This document shows, piece after piece, positions 49,702-59,702 of a stretch of DNA of 64,000 nt; position 1 is the stretch's first letter, and each line of letters opens with the position of its first letter. The DNA is from Alphaproteobacteria bacterium (lineage in GTDB: Bacteria > Pseudomonadota > Alphaproteobacteria > RF32 > CAG-239): contig JAZKXV010000012.1 in NCBI GenBank assembly GCA_045611785.1, forward strand, positions 82,916 to 146,915. The letters are read 5' to 3'. A model generated the notes under the pieces. The model saw only the letters and a program-made list of their open reading frames with translations, did not search any database and was not told where the DNA came from. The position numbers and the translations under genes were made by a program.

Positions 49702-52227
49702 ATGACAGATGATAATGCAAAAAACAAATTAACATTATCCGCAAAGTCGACATTAACGCTTAAAAATCCGGCTAAATCCGGAACATCTGATGGAAAAAAG
49801 ATGGTTCAAGTTGAAGTACGTAAAAAACGTACTATTCCAACCAATGGCGAAGTAAAAACATCAAAAGTAGAAATTGATGAAGCAACTGCTCAAAAAATTC
49901 GTTTAATCGCAGAAGCTAAAGAGCATGAAGCCAAACGATTAAAAGAACAAGAAGAAAAAGATGCTGCAAGATTGAAACAACGTGAAGAACAAGAAGCTAA
50001 ACGTTTGCAAGAAGAAAAAGAACTTGCAGAAAAAGAACGTCTTGCTCAAGAAGAACAACGCCAAAAAGAACTTGAATTAAAAAAACAAGAAGAGAAAAAA
50101 GCAAAAGAAGAAGCTAAAGCTCAACAACAAGCTCAAAATGCGCATAAAGCATCTGAAGAAGAAAAACCTCATAATCGAAATAAAAAATCTCGTGATTATG
50201 ACGATGATGACGATGATGACGGATACAAAAAAGATAGAAAATCTCAATCTTCATCTTCTAAAGCTTTAAGCAAAGCTGAAAGTTTTGAACAAGAACGCAA
50301 AAAAATTCAAAAACGTAGTTTTGAATCCCCTCGCCGTAATAATAAAGTCAATCTCAATGCATATATGAGCAATGATGATGACGACGATGATTATGGCTAT
50401 GGAGCACCTCGTCGTAAGTTTAAGAAAAAACGTCCTAAACCGGAAGTTCAAGTAACTACTACTGAAAAAATTATCAAGGAAGTTATCATTCCTGAAGTAA
50501 TAACCGTACAAGAACTTGCAAACCGTATGGCTGAAAAAAGCGCTGAAGTAATTAAAAAACTTATGGCGCTCGGTGTTATGGCAACCATTAACCAACCTAT
50601 TGATGCTGATACAGCTCAAATTGTTGTTGAAGAAATGGGTCATAAATTTAAACGAGTTGCCGACAGCGACGTTGAAGAAGGCTTAACCGGACCGGAAGAT
50701 AATGATCACGAATTATTACCAAGAGCTCCTGTAGTAACTGTTATGGGTCACGTTGACCATGGTAAAACTTCTTTATTAGATGCTTTGCGTGCAACCAATG
50801 TTGTTGCAAAAGAAGCTGGTGGTATCACTCAACACATCGGTGCATACCAAATTGAAGTTTCCGGCGGCCAAAAAATTACATTTATTGATACCCCAGGTCA
50901 CGAAGCGTTTTCAGAAATGCGTGCTCGTGGTGCAAAAGTTACCGATATTGTAGTTTTAGTTGTTGCTGCAAATGATGGTATCATGCCTCAAACAGTTGAA
51001 GCTATCAGACACGCTCAAGCTGCTGAAGTTCCGATTGTTGTTGCAATCAACAAAATTGACTTACCGGCGGCTGATCCGATGAGAGTTAAAACAGAGCTTT
51101 TACAACACGGTATTGCTGTTGAAGAAATGGGCGGTGAATGTTTATGCGCAGAAGTTTCTGCAAAAAAACGTATCAACATTGATGCTTTATTAGAAGCTAT
51201 TTTGTTACAAGCTGAAATCTTAGACTTAAAAGCAAATCCAAATCGTAAAGCAGAAGGTACAGTTATTGAAGCCAAAATGGAAAAAGGCAGAGGTAGTGTT
51301 GCTACCATCTTGGTTCAAGCCGGAACATTACGAGTTGGCGAAGTGTTTATTGCCGGTAAAGAATGGGGACACGTAAGAGCTATGTTTAACGAACATGGTA
51401 AAAAATTACATGAAGCAGGTCCTGCTACCCCAGTGGAAGTTTTAGGTTTACAAGGTACACCTTCTGCCGGTGATAACTTCATTGCTGTAAAAGATGAAGC
51501 ACAAGCTAAAGAAGTTACAAACTATCGTATAAGAAAAGAGCGCGATGCAAAACTCGTTAAGAGTGCAAAATCTGCTATGGAACAAATGCTTGATAAAATT
51601 AAATCAGGTGAAGCTAAACACTTGGCTGTTATTATCAAGGCAGATGTTCAAGGCTCTATTGAAGCAATTGAAGGAACAATCAATAAGTTTTCTAACGATG
51701 AAGTTTCTGTTCAAGTATTGCACTCTGCTGTTGGTCCGATTTCTGAGTCAGACGTTACACTTGCAAAAGCATCTAATGCCTTTATCATAGGCTTTAACGT
51801 TCGTGCAATTCCGCAAGCTCGTGACATGGCTCGTCGTGACGGCATTGATATTCGTTACTACTCAATCATTTACGATGTTGCCGATGATGTTAAGAAAGGT
51901 TTAGAAGGCTTACTTTCACCTGAAATCAGAGAAAAACTCTTGGGTTATGCTGAAATCAGAAACGTATTTAACATTACAGGCGTTGGTAAAGTTGGTGGTT
52001 GTATGGTAACTGAAGGCATTGTTAAACGTGGTGCAAAAGTTAGATTATTACGCGACAACGTTGTAATTCACGATGGGGCTCTTGCTCAGTTAAAACGCTT
52101 CAAGGAAGACGTTAAAGAAGTTAGAGAAGGTTATGAATGTGGTATGAGTTTTGAAAACTACAATGATATTCAAGTAGGTGACTTTATTGAATGTTATGAG
52201 TTAGAAACTATCGCTGCAAAATTATAA
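49702..52227 (+). CDS. infB: Translation initiation factor IF-2.
   Basis: G-domain ([24 protein letters not shown]) and conserved C-terminal domains. Long charged N-terminal region with KE-rich coiled coil and two poly-Asp stretches. Confidence 0.95.
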   Translation: MTDDNAKNKLTLSAKSTLTLKNPAKSGTSDGKKMVQVEVRKKRTIPTNGEVKTSKVEIDEATAQKIRLIAEAKEHEAKRLKEQEEKDAARLKQREEQEAKRLQEEKELAEKERLAQEEQRQKELELKKQEEKKAKEEAKAQQQAQNAHKASEEEKPHNRNKKSRDYDDDDDDDGYKKDRKSQSSSSKALSKAESFEQERKKIQKRSFESPRRNNKVNLNAYMSNDDDDDDYGYGAPRRKFKKKRPKPEVQVTTTEKIIKEVIIPEVITVQELANRMAEKSAEVIKKLMALGVMATINQPIDADTAQIVVEEMGHKFKRVADSDVEEGLTGPEDNDHELLPRAPVVTVMGHVDHGKTSLLDALRATNVVAKEAGGITQHIGAYQIEVSGGQKITFIDTPGHEAFSEMRARGAKVTDIVVLVVAANDGIMPQTVEAIRHAQAAEVPIVVAINKIDLPAADPMRVKTELLQHGIAVEEMGGECLCAEVSAKKRINIDALLEAILLQAEILDLKANPNRKAEGTVIEAKMEKGRGSVATILVQAGTLRVGEVFIAGKEWGHVRAMFNEHGKKLHEAGPATPVEVLGLQGTPSAGDNFIAVKDEAQAKEVTNYRIRKERDAKLVKSAKSAMEQMLDKIKSGEAKHLAVIIKADVQGSIEAIEGTINKFSNDEVSVQVLHSAVGPISESDVTLAKASNAFIIGFNVRAIPQARDMARRDGIDIRYYSIIYDVADDVKKGLEGLLSPEIREKLLGYAEIRNVFNITGVGKVGGCMVTEGIVKRGAKVRLLRDNVVIHDGALAQLKRFKEDVKEVREGYECGMSFENYNDIQVGDFIECYELETIAAKL

Positions 52228-52238
52228 GGAGAATTAAC

Positions 52239-52652
52239 ATGGCTGTTAAAGAACCATCTCAAAGACAACTTCGTGTCGGACAAGAAATAAAAAAAATCAT
52301 TACTTCTGTACTTGAAAGAGGTGACTTAAGAAGTCAAGAAGTAAGAGACGCTATAATTACTGTAACAGAAGTTAGAGTTTCTCCTGATTTAAAATATGCC
52401 ACAGCATACATTATGACATTAAATGGTAAAAACTTAGGTTTAGTGATTGAAATGCTTAATGAAGAAGCTTGGATATTTAAAAAACAAATCGGTGCCAAAT
52501 TACAGTTAAGATACACTCCGGATATCAACTTTAGAGTTGATGATACCTTTACGGAAGTCGATAGGATTGAAAATTTGCTTCGCAACCCAAAAGTTGCACA
52601 AGATTTAGCAAAGCCAAACAATCCTGAAGAAGAAGAAGAAGAAGAAGAATAG
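52239..52652 (+). CDS. rbfA: Ribosome-binding factor A.
   Basis: RbfA KH-like core (RVGQEIKKII...VTEVRVSPDLKYATAY) and a C-terminal E8 tail encoded by (GAA)8. Confidence 0.9.
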   Translation: MAVKEPSQRQLRVGQEIKKIITSVLERGDLRSQEVRDAIITVTEVRVSPDLKYATAYIMTLNGKNLGLVIEMLNEEAWIFKKQIGAKLQLRYTPDINFRVDDTFTEVDRIENLLRNPKVAQDLAKPNNPEEEEEEEE

Positions 52653-52672
52653 TGTATAAGTATAAAACAACA

Positions 52673-52709
52673 AAAAACAGCTCTGAGAATAAACTCAAAG
52701 CTGTTTTTT
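52673..52709. terminator. Bidirectional rho-independent terminator between rbfA and the convergent ORF at 52823-53341.
   Basis: aaaaaacagct...agctgtttttt 11-bp stem with extended imperfect pairing. U-runs on both strands. Confidence 0.6.
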
Positions 52710-52822
52710 GTTATACACTTAGAAACTTGATCTTTATACATGAACCCGCAAAACGGGTCTACAATCGCTCTCACGTTCGCAATGTAAATTTCCGTTTGAT
52801 CCTCTATTCTCTTTATCAAAAC

Positions 52823-53341
52823 TTACCGTATACATATAAAGCTCATCCGGTGAAATATATGGCATCTGATAACCTTTTCGAGTTTTTTTCCTATCTTAAT
52901 AAGGGTATCTTCGATTTTGTCATAACAACTAGCGGTTTTTTTTAACTCATCTGTAGTCATCATAACAATGCTCTCCCCTTCCTTGCAGATAGAAAATAAA
53001 TTTGCAATACGCTTTCTAGCTTTATAACACGATAATCTACGTCCCTGAATATCGTATATGGTAGAGGCGGTAAGATCTCCATATATAAAGTTATCATACG
53101 TATCGATCAACTCCACAACTGCCTTTATCCTCTTACCTTTGATTACAGAGAATGAAAACGTATCTTCTTCATACCAAATCATACCCGATTCTATTTTTGT
53201 AATCTCTGACAACCCGAAAACAGCAGGGCTGTTTTTTTCATTTTGAATCAGAGTTTCCATTTTATTAACCAAGTCCTCATCAGGTGTTGATGTAATCCAA
53301 GACTTTATAACATCTTCTCGTGTTACACCCAAAAGCTCCAT
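52823..53341 (-). CDS. Hypothetical protein (172 aa), compositionally distinct.
   Basis: Clean ORF in the slot where truB normally follows rbfA. Higher GC and codon usage than neighbours. No motif recognised. Confidence 0.5.
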   Translation of the reverse strand: MELLGVTREDVIKSWITSTPDEDLVNKMETLIQNEKNSPAVFGLSEITKIESGMIWYEEDTFSFSVIKGKRIKAVVELIDTYDNFIYGDLTASTIYDIQGRRLSCYKARKRIANLFSICKEGESIVMMTTDELKKTASCYDKIEDTLIKIGKKLEKVIRCHIFHRMSFICIR

Positions 53342-53366
53342 GAGCTCGTTTACGTGATAGCTTGAT

Positions 53367-54197
53367 TTATAAAGAAGATGCCATCTTATAATATTGCATC
53401 GGGGTAATCTCTTCTGCTCTCATTGTTAAGTCAATACCAGTATCTTGGCAAGCTTTTTCAATACCTTGAATAGATTTCAAACTTTGCCTTATCATCTTTC
53501 TGCGCTGTCCGAAAGCCTTCTCTGTTATAAGCTCAACTTTTTCTAAAACTTTTTCATCAGGAGCATTTTCTAAAGGCTGAAACAATAAAACCGTTGACCA
53601 AATTTTAGGCGCCGGAACAAAACATTCAGGATTTATATCAAAAAGTTTCTCAACCTTAGAGCTTAACTGAGCTAAAACAGATATTCTACCATAGTCCTTT
53701 GTCTTAATTGGTGCCATAATTCTTTGAGCAACCTCTTTTTGAAACATTAATGTTAATCCTTTATAGTGTTTCATATTTTTAAGCCAACCAATAAGTAGTG
53801 GAACTGATATATTATAAGGAAGATTACTGACAACTTGCTTATTAGCACCATCAAATTGAGAAAAATCAACTTTTAATGCATCATCATTAATAATTTGCAT
53901 ATTAGTAGAAGTTTCTTCTTTTAACTCATTCATAATCTGAATACATCTATCATCCATTTCGACAACAGTAAGTCTATTAGGCATATTACTTAAAATAGCC
54001 CTTGTAAGACCTCCGGGACCAGGACCTACTTCAAAAACAGTTGCATCACTAAAATTTTTTAGTCCTTGTTTTTCAAGTGACATTCGAATAATTTTATCTG
54101 GGATATTTTGATTAAGCAAAAAATTTTGACCTAAAGACTTTTTTGCTAATAAACCCTTTTGTTCGACAACATCTTTTAGTGATAATCTAAATTCCAT
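53367..54197 (-). CDS. rsmA: 16S rRNA (adenine1518/1519-N6)-dimethyltransferase RsmA/KsgA.
   Basis: SAM motif VFEVGPGPGGLT and catalytic NLPYNIS motif. Downstream of surA as in lptD-surA-pdxA-ksgA clusters. Confidence 0.9.
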   Translation of the reverse strand: MEFRLSLKDVVEQKGLLAKKSLGQNFLLNQNIPDKIIRMSLEKQGLKNFSDATVFEVGPGPGGLTRAILSNMPNRLTVVEMDDRCIQIMNELKEETSTNMQIINDDALKVDFSQFDGANKQVVSNLPYNISVPLLIGWLKNMKHYKGLTLMFQKEVAQRIMAPIKTKDYGRISVLAQLSSKVEKLFDINPECFVPAPKIWSTVLLFQPLENAPDEKVLEKVELITEKAFGQRRKMIRQSLKSIQGIEKACQDTGIDLTMRAEEITPMQYYKMASSL

Positions 54198-54198
54198 T

Positions 54199-55353
54199 TT
54201 AAGCCTTACGATTAATAATTGCCTTATTTCTTAAATCACGAATATATTTTTCCGCAATCTCTTCCATCTTTTTATTTTCAAGCATTTGCCTAATTTCTTC
54301 TTTGTCAATGCTTGGTGCTTTATCCACGCCCGGAATATAAACTTTCTCAAGTTTTAAGATGTAAACATCTTTACCTAAGTTTATTGGATTAGAAACATCT
54401 CCTTCTTTCATCTTTAACAATGCTTGTTCAAGAGGCTCTGCTAATTGTCCTTTATTTATCCAACCTAATTTTCCACCATTTCTAGCACTCATTCCTTCAG
54501 AAAACTGCATTGCATAAAGTTCAAAACGAGGATCTTTTCTCAAATTTTCTACTAAATCTTCAATTCCTTTAGCCTTGCTTCTTGGAATAACAATTTCTGA
54601 AACCAAGAATTTATGATTTTTAATATCTTTTTCAATTGTGCTGATTGCTGCATCAATTTCAGAAGTTGAAACTTGTATATTTTGAGCAGCCTTTTTTCTT
54701 ACCAATCTGGACCAAGCCATTTCAGCCTTCATCTGAGACCTGAACACATCTTCATCTACTTGTGCTTTTTTAAGCATTTGCTTAAGTTGTTGTACAGTTA
54801 TATTATTAGCTTCTGCAAAATTAACCATACCCTTATCCAGCTCTTCTTCAGAAATCTCAACAGCGTTTCTTTGAGCTTCTTGCAACTTAATTTTTTCATC
54901 AATTGTTGCTTGTAAAACTTTTTCCATAACCATACTTTTGGTTTGCTCATTAACTGGAATTTGCGTAGTAGCAACAAAAGCATTGACCCTATCTTGCATA
55001 TCTAGGCTGGTTATTATTTCTCCATTAACTTCAGCAAATATTTTTAAGCTATTTCCAAACAAATTAACAGGTTTTAATGCCTCTTCCCTACGGCGTTTTT
55101 CCTCCTCATAAGCCTTTTGTCGCATAGCTTCTTCATATTCAGCTCGACGTTTCATTTCTTCTTCATAAGCACGTCTTTTCATCTCTTCTTCATAAGCTTG
55201 TTGCATAGGACTACCAGGAGCAAACCTATTAAACATAACAGAGTTTGCTTTTGAAGCTCTTGCTGCGGCATCAATTTGTGAGGCATCCAAACCTTGAGCA
55301 TTACATACTCCGATTCCTAAAACAAGTGCAATTACAGCTATAATTTGTAGCAT
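54199..55353 (-). CDS. surA: SurA-like periplasmic chaperone / parvulin-type PPIase.
   Basis: Signal peptide, N-terminal chaperone domain and one parvulin domain (ARNGGKLGWINKGQLAEPLEQAL). Position between lptD and rsmA. N-terminal charged tandem repeats. Confidence 0.7.
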   Translation of the reverse strand: MLQIIAVIALVLGIGVCNAQGLDASQIDAAARASKANSVMFNRFAPGSPMQQAYEEEMKRRAYEEEMKRRAEYEEAMRQKAYEEEKRRREEALKPVNLFGNSLKIFAEVNGEIITSLDMQDRVNAFVATTQIPVNEQTKSMVMEKVLQATIDEKIKLQEAQRNAVEISEEELDKGMVNFAEANNITVQQLKQMLKKAQVDEDVFRSQMKAEMAWSRLVRKKAAQNIQVSTSEIDAAISTIEKDIKNHKFLVSEIVIPRSKAKGIEDLVENLRKDPRFELYAMQFSEGMSARNGGKLGWINKGQLAEPLEQALLKMKEGDVSNPINLGKDVYILKLEKVYIPGVDKAPSIDKEEIRQMLENKKMEEIAEKYIRDLRNKAIINRKA

Positions 55354-55372
55354 TACATATTCTCCATTTTAA

Positions 55373-57637
55373 TTATGCGCCAACGCCACCCAAGGTTTTA
55401 AGATAAAAATTAAAATTAAACTCATAATCATTATCCAAACTAGGATCATTTGAATTATACTTTTTAATAGTAGTAATAAATTTAAAACATTCATCTTCAT
55501 ATATTAAATTTCCACCATGTTCTAAAGAACCTCCGTTTTCAGCTAAATCTTGTCTGTTGTATACGCTTATTGACCAATCTCGTGTTAATGCGGCATTAAC
55601 AGCTGTATAAAGCTCTTTACGTTCGTCAAACAGCTCTGTAGCATTTGTGTTCTTTTGTAAATATATATATGAAACATACATATTCAACAAGTCTGTACCA
55701 ATTCTTGCCCCAAGCTCACTATATTGTAACTTATAACTATCTTTATCTAAACGAAAACGATAATTTAAATCTAAATAATCGGATGGAGCAGCATATACTC
55801 TACCTACATAATCAGAGAAATGTCCGTCACTTTCAACACTTTGAGAAAACTCACTATCTTTATTAAAATGATATGTCTGCGCAATAAATGCTGAAGTTCT
55901 ACCCATAATATTTCCATAAGAACTCCAATTAACACCATAGCTGATACGGCTTCCTGTATCATTGCGATCATATCCGGAGTAACGATCTAAATCTAGCACA
56001 TTAGTATCATCTAATTCAACGTCTTCACTATCTTCGTTCGGAATTTTACTGGCTTTATTTCCTCCGTTTGGAGCTAATACACCTACAACAATCGGTTCAA
56101 TAATTTGTCTTGATGTTTCTGTTGCTTTAACAAGAGGCAATTTCCATTCAATACCTAACTGTGGAAAAACTCTTAATACATCTCCTTCATAATCTGTTGT
56201 AGTACCAACTTCGGAATAACTGTCGATATAATATGCATCAGATTTAACAGAAGCCACAATTTTATATCTTTCACCAAACGGAGTAATCCAAGGCAAATTC
56301 CAAGAATTTATCATTGTAAGCCTATGAGATAAATTATCTCCTTCATGATAAACAGATGCAAAATTGAATGTATTTTTCCAATATGAACCGATTTTAGATA
56401 CATCGGTTATCATTTCGTATTCAGCCAAAGGAGCAACCAAAGGCTTATTATATTTCATTTTTGCATATTCTGATGCATTATTTTCTCTTAAATCATAACT
56501 TATAAGTTTATAATAAAATGCTTCAATTAAAGCGTAATCTCTATTTTCAAAGCGTTGCAGTTTAACATTAGAAGTTAACCAAGCATTATCTTCTCCCGTT
56601 AAATCAAGCTCTTTTAAATATAAACCATCTGAAGCATAGTTAATATCAGCATCAGCTACCCAATAGTCATTAATTTCATATCTGGTTTTAGCAAAAACAC
56701 TACCTCTATGGTCTAATCTTTCGTCATTATTGTCTTTTAAATATGTACCTTCAACATTAAGATATCCTTTATCAAAATATTGTCGATATTGCCCACCCCA
56801 TACAATATTTTTATCTGTCGTAAAAATCGGTGACAATAATAAATCAGAGTTAGGATTAATATCCCAAAAATATTTCAATTGTAATGTACCGCCTAAATAG
56901 TTGGTACTACCAATACTAGGCATTAAAAAACCTGAACGACGTCTGACCATTGGATCCGGATGTGATAAAAAAGGAGTATACAAAACAGGAACACCTTTAA
57001 TATCTAAAAACGCATCATTATAGTTAATATCTTGGCGTTTTGCATCATGTGTAACTTTACGAGCTCTAATCTGCCATAAAGGTTGTTCAAGGCCTTCACA
57101 AAAATCACACGGAGTATATCGAGCATTTTGCATAATTTTATTATTATTTTCTTTTTTCCTGAATTGCTCAGCCCAAATTTTAGTTTCATCGCTCAATATA
57201 ACCTTAATTTTGTTCATTTCGGCTCTATTCATTTTATCAGCCAAATTAACATTATCTGCAAAAATCTTATGACCGTTTTCTTCTTCCATTCTAACATTGC
57301 CGATAGCAACAATATTATCTGTTAATTGCTCATAAACCAACTTATCTGTATACAATGTCAAATTTGCACGCTTGATAATAACATTACCTTTTGCAATTAA
57401 TGTTTTTTCATTATCATTGCTAATCAGTTCATCGGCCTCAAAATAGATATCCGGTTCTTCTTCAATTTTATCTGTTGAAGGCATAACATCTGTTAAATTA
57501 CGCTTAGGCTCGACATCAAAAAACGGTTTTGTTTCTTCTCTTTTAAGCATTTCACCGGCAATAGGCTCTGTTGCTTTTACGCTACCACAAAGAGCACAAA
57601 AAACCATTATACTAAAAAACATCTTACTGTTACGCAT
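55373..57637 (-). CDS. lptD: LPS-assembly outer-membrane protein LptD.
   Basis: Signal peptide (from MRNSKMFFSIMVFCALCGSVKA), N-terminal LptA-like OstA domain and a large C-terminal beta-barrel. Adjacent to surA. The tracked ORF extends to 57706. Confidence 0.85.
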   Translation of the reverse strand: MRNSKMFFSIMVFCALCGSVKATEPIAGEMLKREETKPFFDVEPKRNLTDVMPSTDKIEEEPDIYFEADELISNDNEKTLIAKGNVIIKRANLTLYTDKLVYEQLTDNIVAIGNVRMEEENGHKIFADNVNLADKMNRAEMNKIKVILSDETKIWAEQFRKKENNNKIMQNARYTPCDFCEGLEQPLWQIRARKVTHDAKRQDINYNDAFLDIKGVPVLYTPFLSHPDPMVRRRSGFLMPSIGSTNYLGGTLQLKYFWDINPNSDLLLSPIFTTDKNIVWGGQYRQYFDKGYLNVEGTYLKDNNDERLDHRGSVFAKTRYEINDYWVADADINYASDGLYLKELDLTGEDNAWLTSNVKLQRFENRDYALIEAFYYKLISYDLRENNASEYAKMKYNKPLVAPLAEYEMITDVSKIGSYWKNTFNFASVYHEGDNLSHRLTMINSWNLPWITPFGERYKIVASVKSDAYYIDSYSEVGTTTDYEGDVLRVFPQLGIEWKLPLVKATETSRQIIEPIVVGVLAPNGGNKASKIPNEDSEDVELDDTNVLDLDRYSGYDRNDTGSRISYGVNWSSYGNIMGRTSAFIAQTYHFNKDSEFSQSVESDGHFSDYVGRVYAAPSDYLDLNYRFRLDKDSYKLQYSELGARIGTDLLNMYVSYIYLQKNTNATELFDERKELYTAVNAALTRDWSISVYNRQDLAENGGSLEHGGNLIYEDECFKFITTIKKYNSNDPSLDNDYEFNFNFYLKTLGGVGA

Positions 57638-58754
57638 AACTAACTGCCTTATTTTTACGACATCTAACCCAAAAAAACGGATTATAAAACAACAACAAAT
57701 AAACACATATAGAAAAAGGAATTAAACAATTTGCATATAAAATTGGCAAAAACAACAAAGAACGGTTAGCTAAGTTTGTAATAATCAAATCCGCACCCTG
57801 AACCAAAATCATAGAGGTGACAGACAAAAAGATAATTTTACTTTGTCCTCTTCTGTTAAAGTTACCAATTAAAAGACCTGTACACGCCAATAAAGCAAAA
57901 ACCAAATTATACCAAGGTGTAATAATGCGTCTATGACCTTCAACTATATATTTTCTTTTGTCCTCTTCACTAAGGTTTTTATCTTTATCAGCATTAATCA
58001 ATTGCCATAATGTTTTTTCTCTTGCTGATGCAGGTTTTATTTTTTTAGCACCCATCACACCAAAATCTACAGAATATCTTTCAAACTGCAAAGAAGAAAA
58101 ATTACCTCCGTGTTTGCTTATTTCTTGTCTTTCTCCTTTAATAAGCAAAATTTTAGGTCCGGTTTCAGTATATACGATTCTACCTTTCTCTGCTGACAAT
58201 GTTACCTTTTTTTCAGGATCTTTTTCATCATGAACCAAAATGCCTGAAACAGAACCATCTTCTTCATGATTTGATATAAACACTGTCATATTATTAAGAG
58301 TGTTAAACTCACCTTCCCTAAACATTAAATGCGATACATTGTTTCTTATTTCCCACTCTAAGTTTCTAAAAGAACTTTCTGCATTAGGTATCGCAACATT
58401 TTGAACATAAACACTAAACAAGGCTAAAAGCACACCGACATACAGTGCAGCTCTGGAGTTTTTCCAAGGGCTTATACCTGCTGCCTGCATAATAACGAGC
58501 TCTCTATCTGCCAACATTCTGTTATATACAAACATTACCGACGCAAAAACAGCAATAGGAGACAATATTGAAAAAAGTCTTGGCATTAAAAGAGATGTCA
58601 ACTCCACAAACAAACTTAATGGTAAACCTTTATTGGTTACCATTTCCACAAATCTCAACGACTGCGTCAACCACAACATTGATAGAAGTGAAAACGCAAC
58701 CAAGAAAAAGCCCACCCAAACTTGGCGGAAAATATATAAGTTTAATTTCTTCAT
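57630..58754 (-). CDS. LptF/LptG-family LPS export permease (YjgP/YjgQ).
   Basis: 6-TM permease with periplasmic beta-jellyroll insert. N-terminus MKKLNLYIFRQ matches LptF/G starts. Directly upstream of lptD. Confidence 0.8.
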   Translation of the reverse strand: MKKLNLYIFRQVWVGFFLVAFSLLSMLWLTQSLRFVEMVTNKGLPLSLFVELTSLLMPRLFSILSPIAVFASVMFVYNRMLADRELVIMQAAGISPWKNSRAALYVGVLLALFSVYVQNVAIPNAESSFRNLEWEIRNNVSHLMFREGEFNTLNNMTVFISNHEEDGSVSGILVHDEKDPEKKVTLSAEKGRIVYTETGPKILLIKGERQEISKHGGNFSSLQFERYSVDFGVMGAKKIKPASAREKTLWQLINADKDKNLSEEDKRKYIVEGHRRIITPWYNLVFALLACTGLLIGNFNRRGQSKIIFLSVTSMILVQGADLIITNLANRSLLFLPILYANCLIPFSICVYLLLFYNPFFWVRCRKNKAVSYA

Positions 58755-58993
58755 GGAGCAAATTATAAACAAATTATTAAAATATTAAACCATATTTTAA
58801 CGATACTTCACAAGTTTATTTCTATTTTTTCTTAAGCCTATGATTTATTAGCATATATTTCAACAAATTTAGCATATTTTTTATGCAATTAAGCACAAAA
58901 TCATCATTATTTGCTTATCTGCAATAAATTTTGCCGTTTTGAGCACAAAAAAAACAACCGACAAATTTATTTCATAACAAAAAAAAGAACGGT

Positions 58994-59548
58994 TTATTTA
59001 CCGCCCTTTGTAACAACGACCATAGCCTCTCTTAATATTCGATCATTAATCATATAACCTTTTTGCAATTCTGCAATAATAGTACCGTTTGGCTTAGTAT
59101 TGTCCTCAACTTCTTGTACAACTTGATGATAATTAGGATCAAAAACTGTATCCATAATTTCCATTGCGCTAACACCAAATTTTTCAAAAACTTTATTAAG
59201 TTCATTTAATGTAAGCTCAACACCTTTTTTTAAAGCTTCGCAATCATCACTTTTAGCATTTTCGGCAGCACTTAATGCTCTCATTAAATTGTCAGCAACA
59301 CCAAGTAAATTTTTTGCAAATGTTGATATTGCATATTTATTATTTTTTTCAATCTCTACTGCACAACGTTTTTTTGTATTTTCAACTTCTGCTAATGCTC
59401 TTAAGTATTCATCTTTAAGTTTTTGATTTTCTTGAACAAGCTGTTCGATTACTGCACCAGTATCTTCTTCTGCTTCTGATACAAGCTCATCAGCCTCTGA
59501 TACAATTTCTTCTATAACTTCTTCATCTAAATTATCTTCTTTTTTCAT
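58994..59548 (-). CDS. grpE: Nucleotide exchange factor GrpE.
   Basis: Acidic N-terminus, long coiled-coil helix and C-terminal beta domain (RALAEVENTKKR, DPNYHQVV). 184 aa. Confidence 0.9.
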   Translation of the reverse strand: MKKEDNLDEEVIEEIVSEADELVSEAEEDTGAVIEQLVQENQKLKDEYLRALAEVENTKKRCAVEIEKNNKYAISTFAKNLLGVADNLMRALSAAENAKSDDCEALKKGVELTLNELNKVFEKFGVSAMEIMDTVFDPNYHQVVQEVEDNTKPNGTIIAELQKGYMINDRILREAMVVVTKGGK

Positions 59549-59590
59549 TTATACCTCTTAAATTATTATGCATAATTAATACATAATATA

Positions 59591-59619
59591 AATCTAGTGT
59601 CTATACATGCACAAGTCAA
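59591..59619 (-). promoter_or_regulatory. Candidate sigma70-type promoter for grpE (minus strand).
   Basis: On the minus strand: TTGACT (59614-59619), 17 nt spacer, TAGATT (59591-59596), then AAGAGG SD before the ATG at 59548. Confidence 0.35.
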
Positions 59620-59702
59620 GAAGATAAATTCTTTTTTGTATTGTCTTTTATAAATATAATGATATAATTTGCCACATATTATTTATTTTAAGGAAAAGAA
59701 AC

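Noticed and set aside
59549-59702. Possible RpoH (sigma32) heat-shock promoter upstream of grpE.
   Set aside because: No CCCCAT-type -10 element was found. Only a sigma70-like TTGACT-N17-TAGATT is present, so only that was reported, at low confidence.
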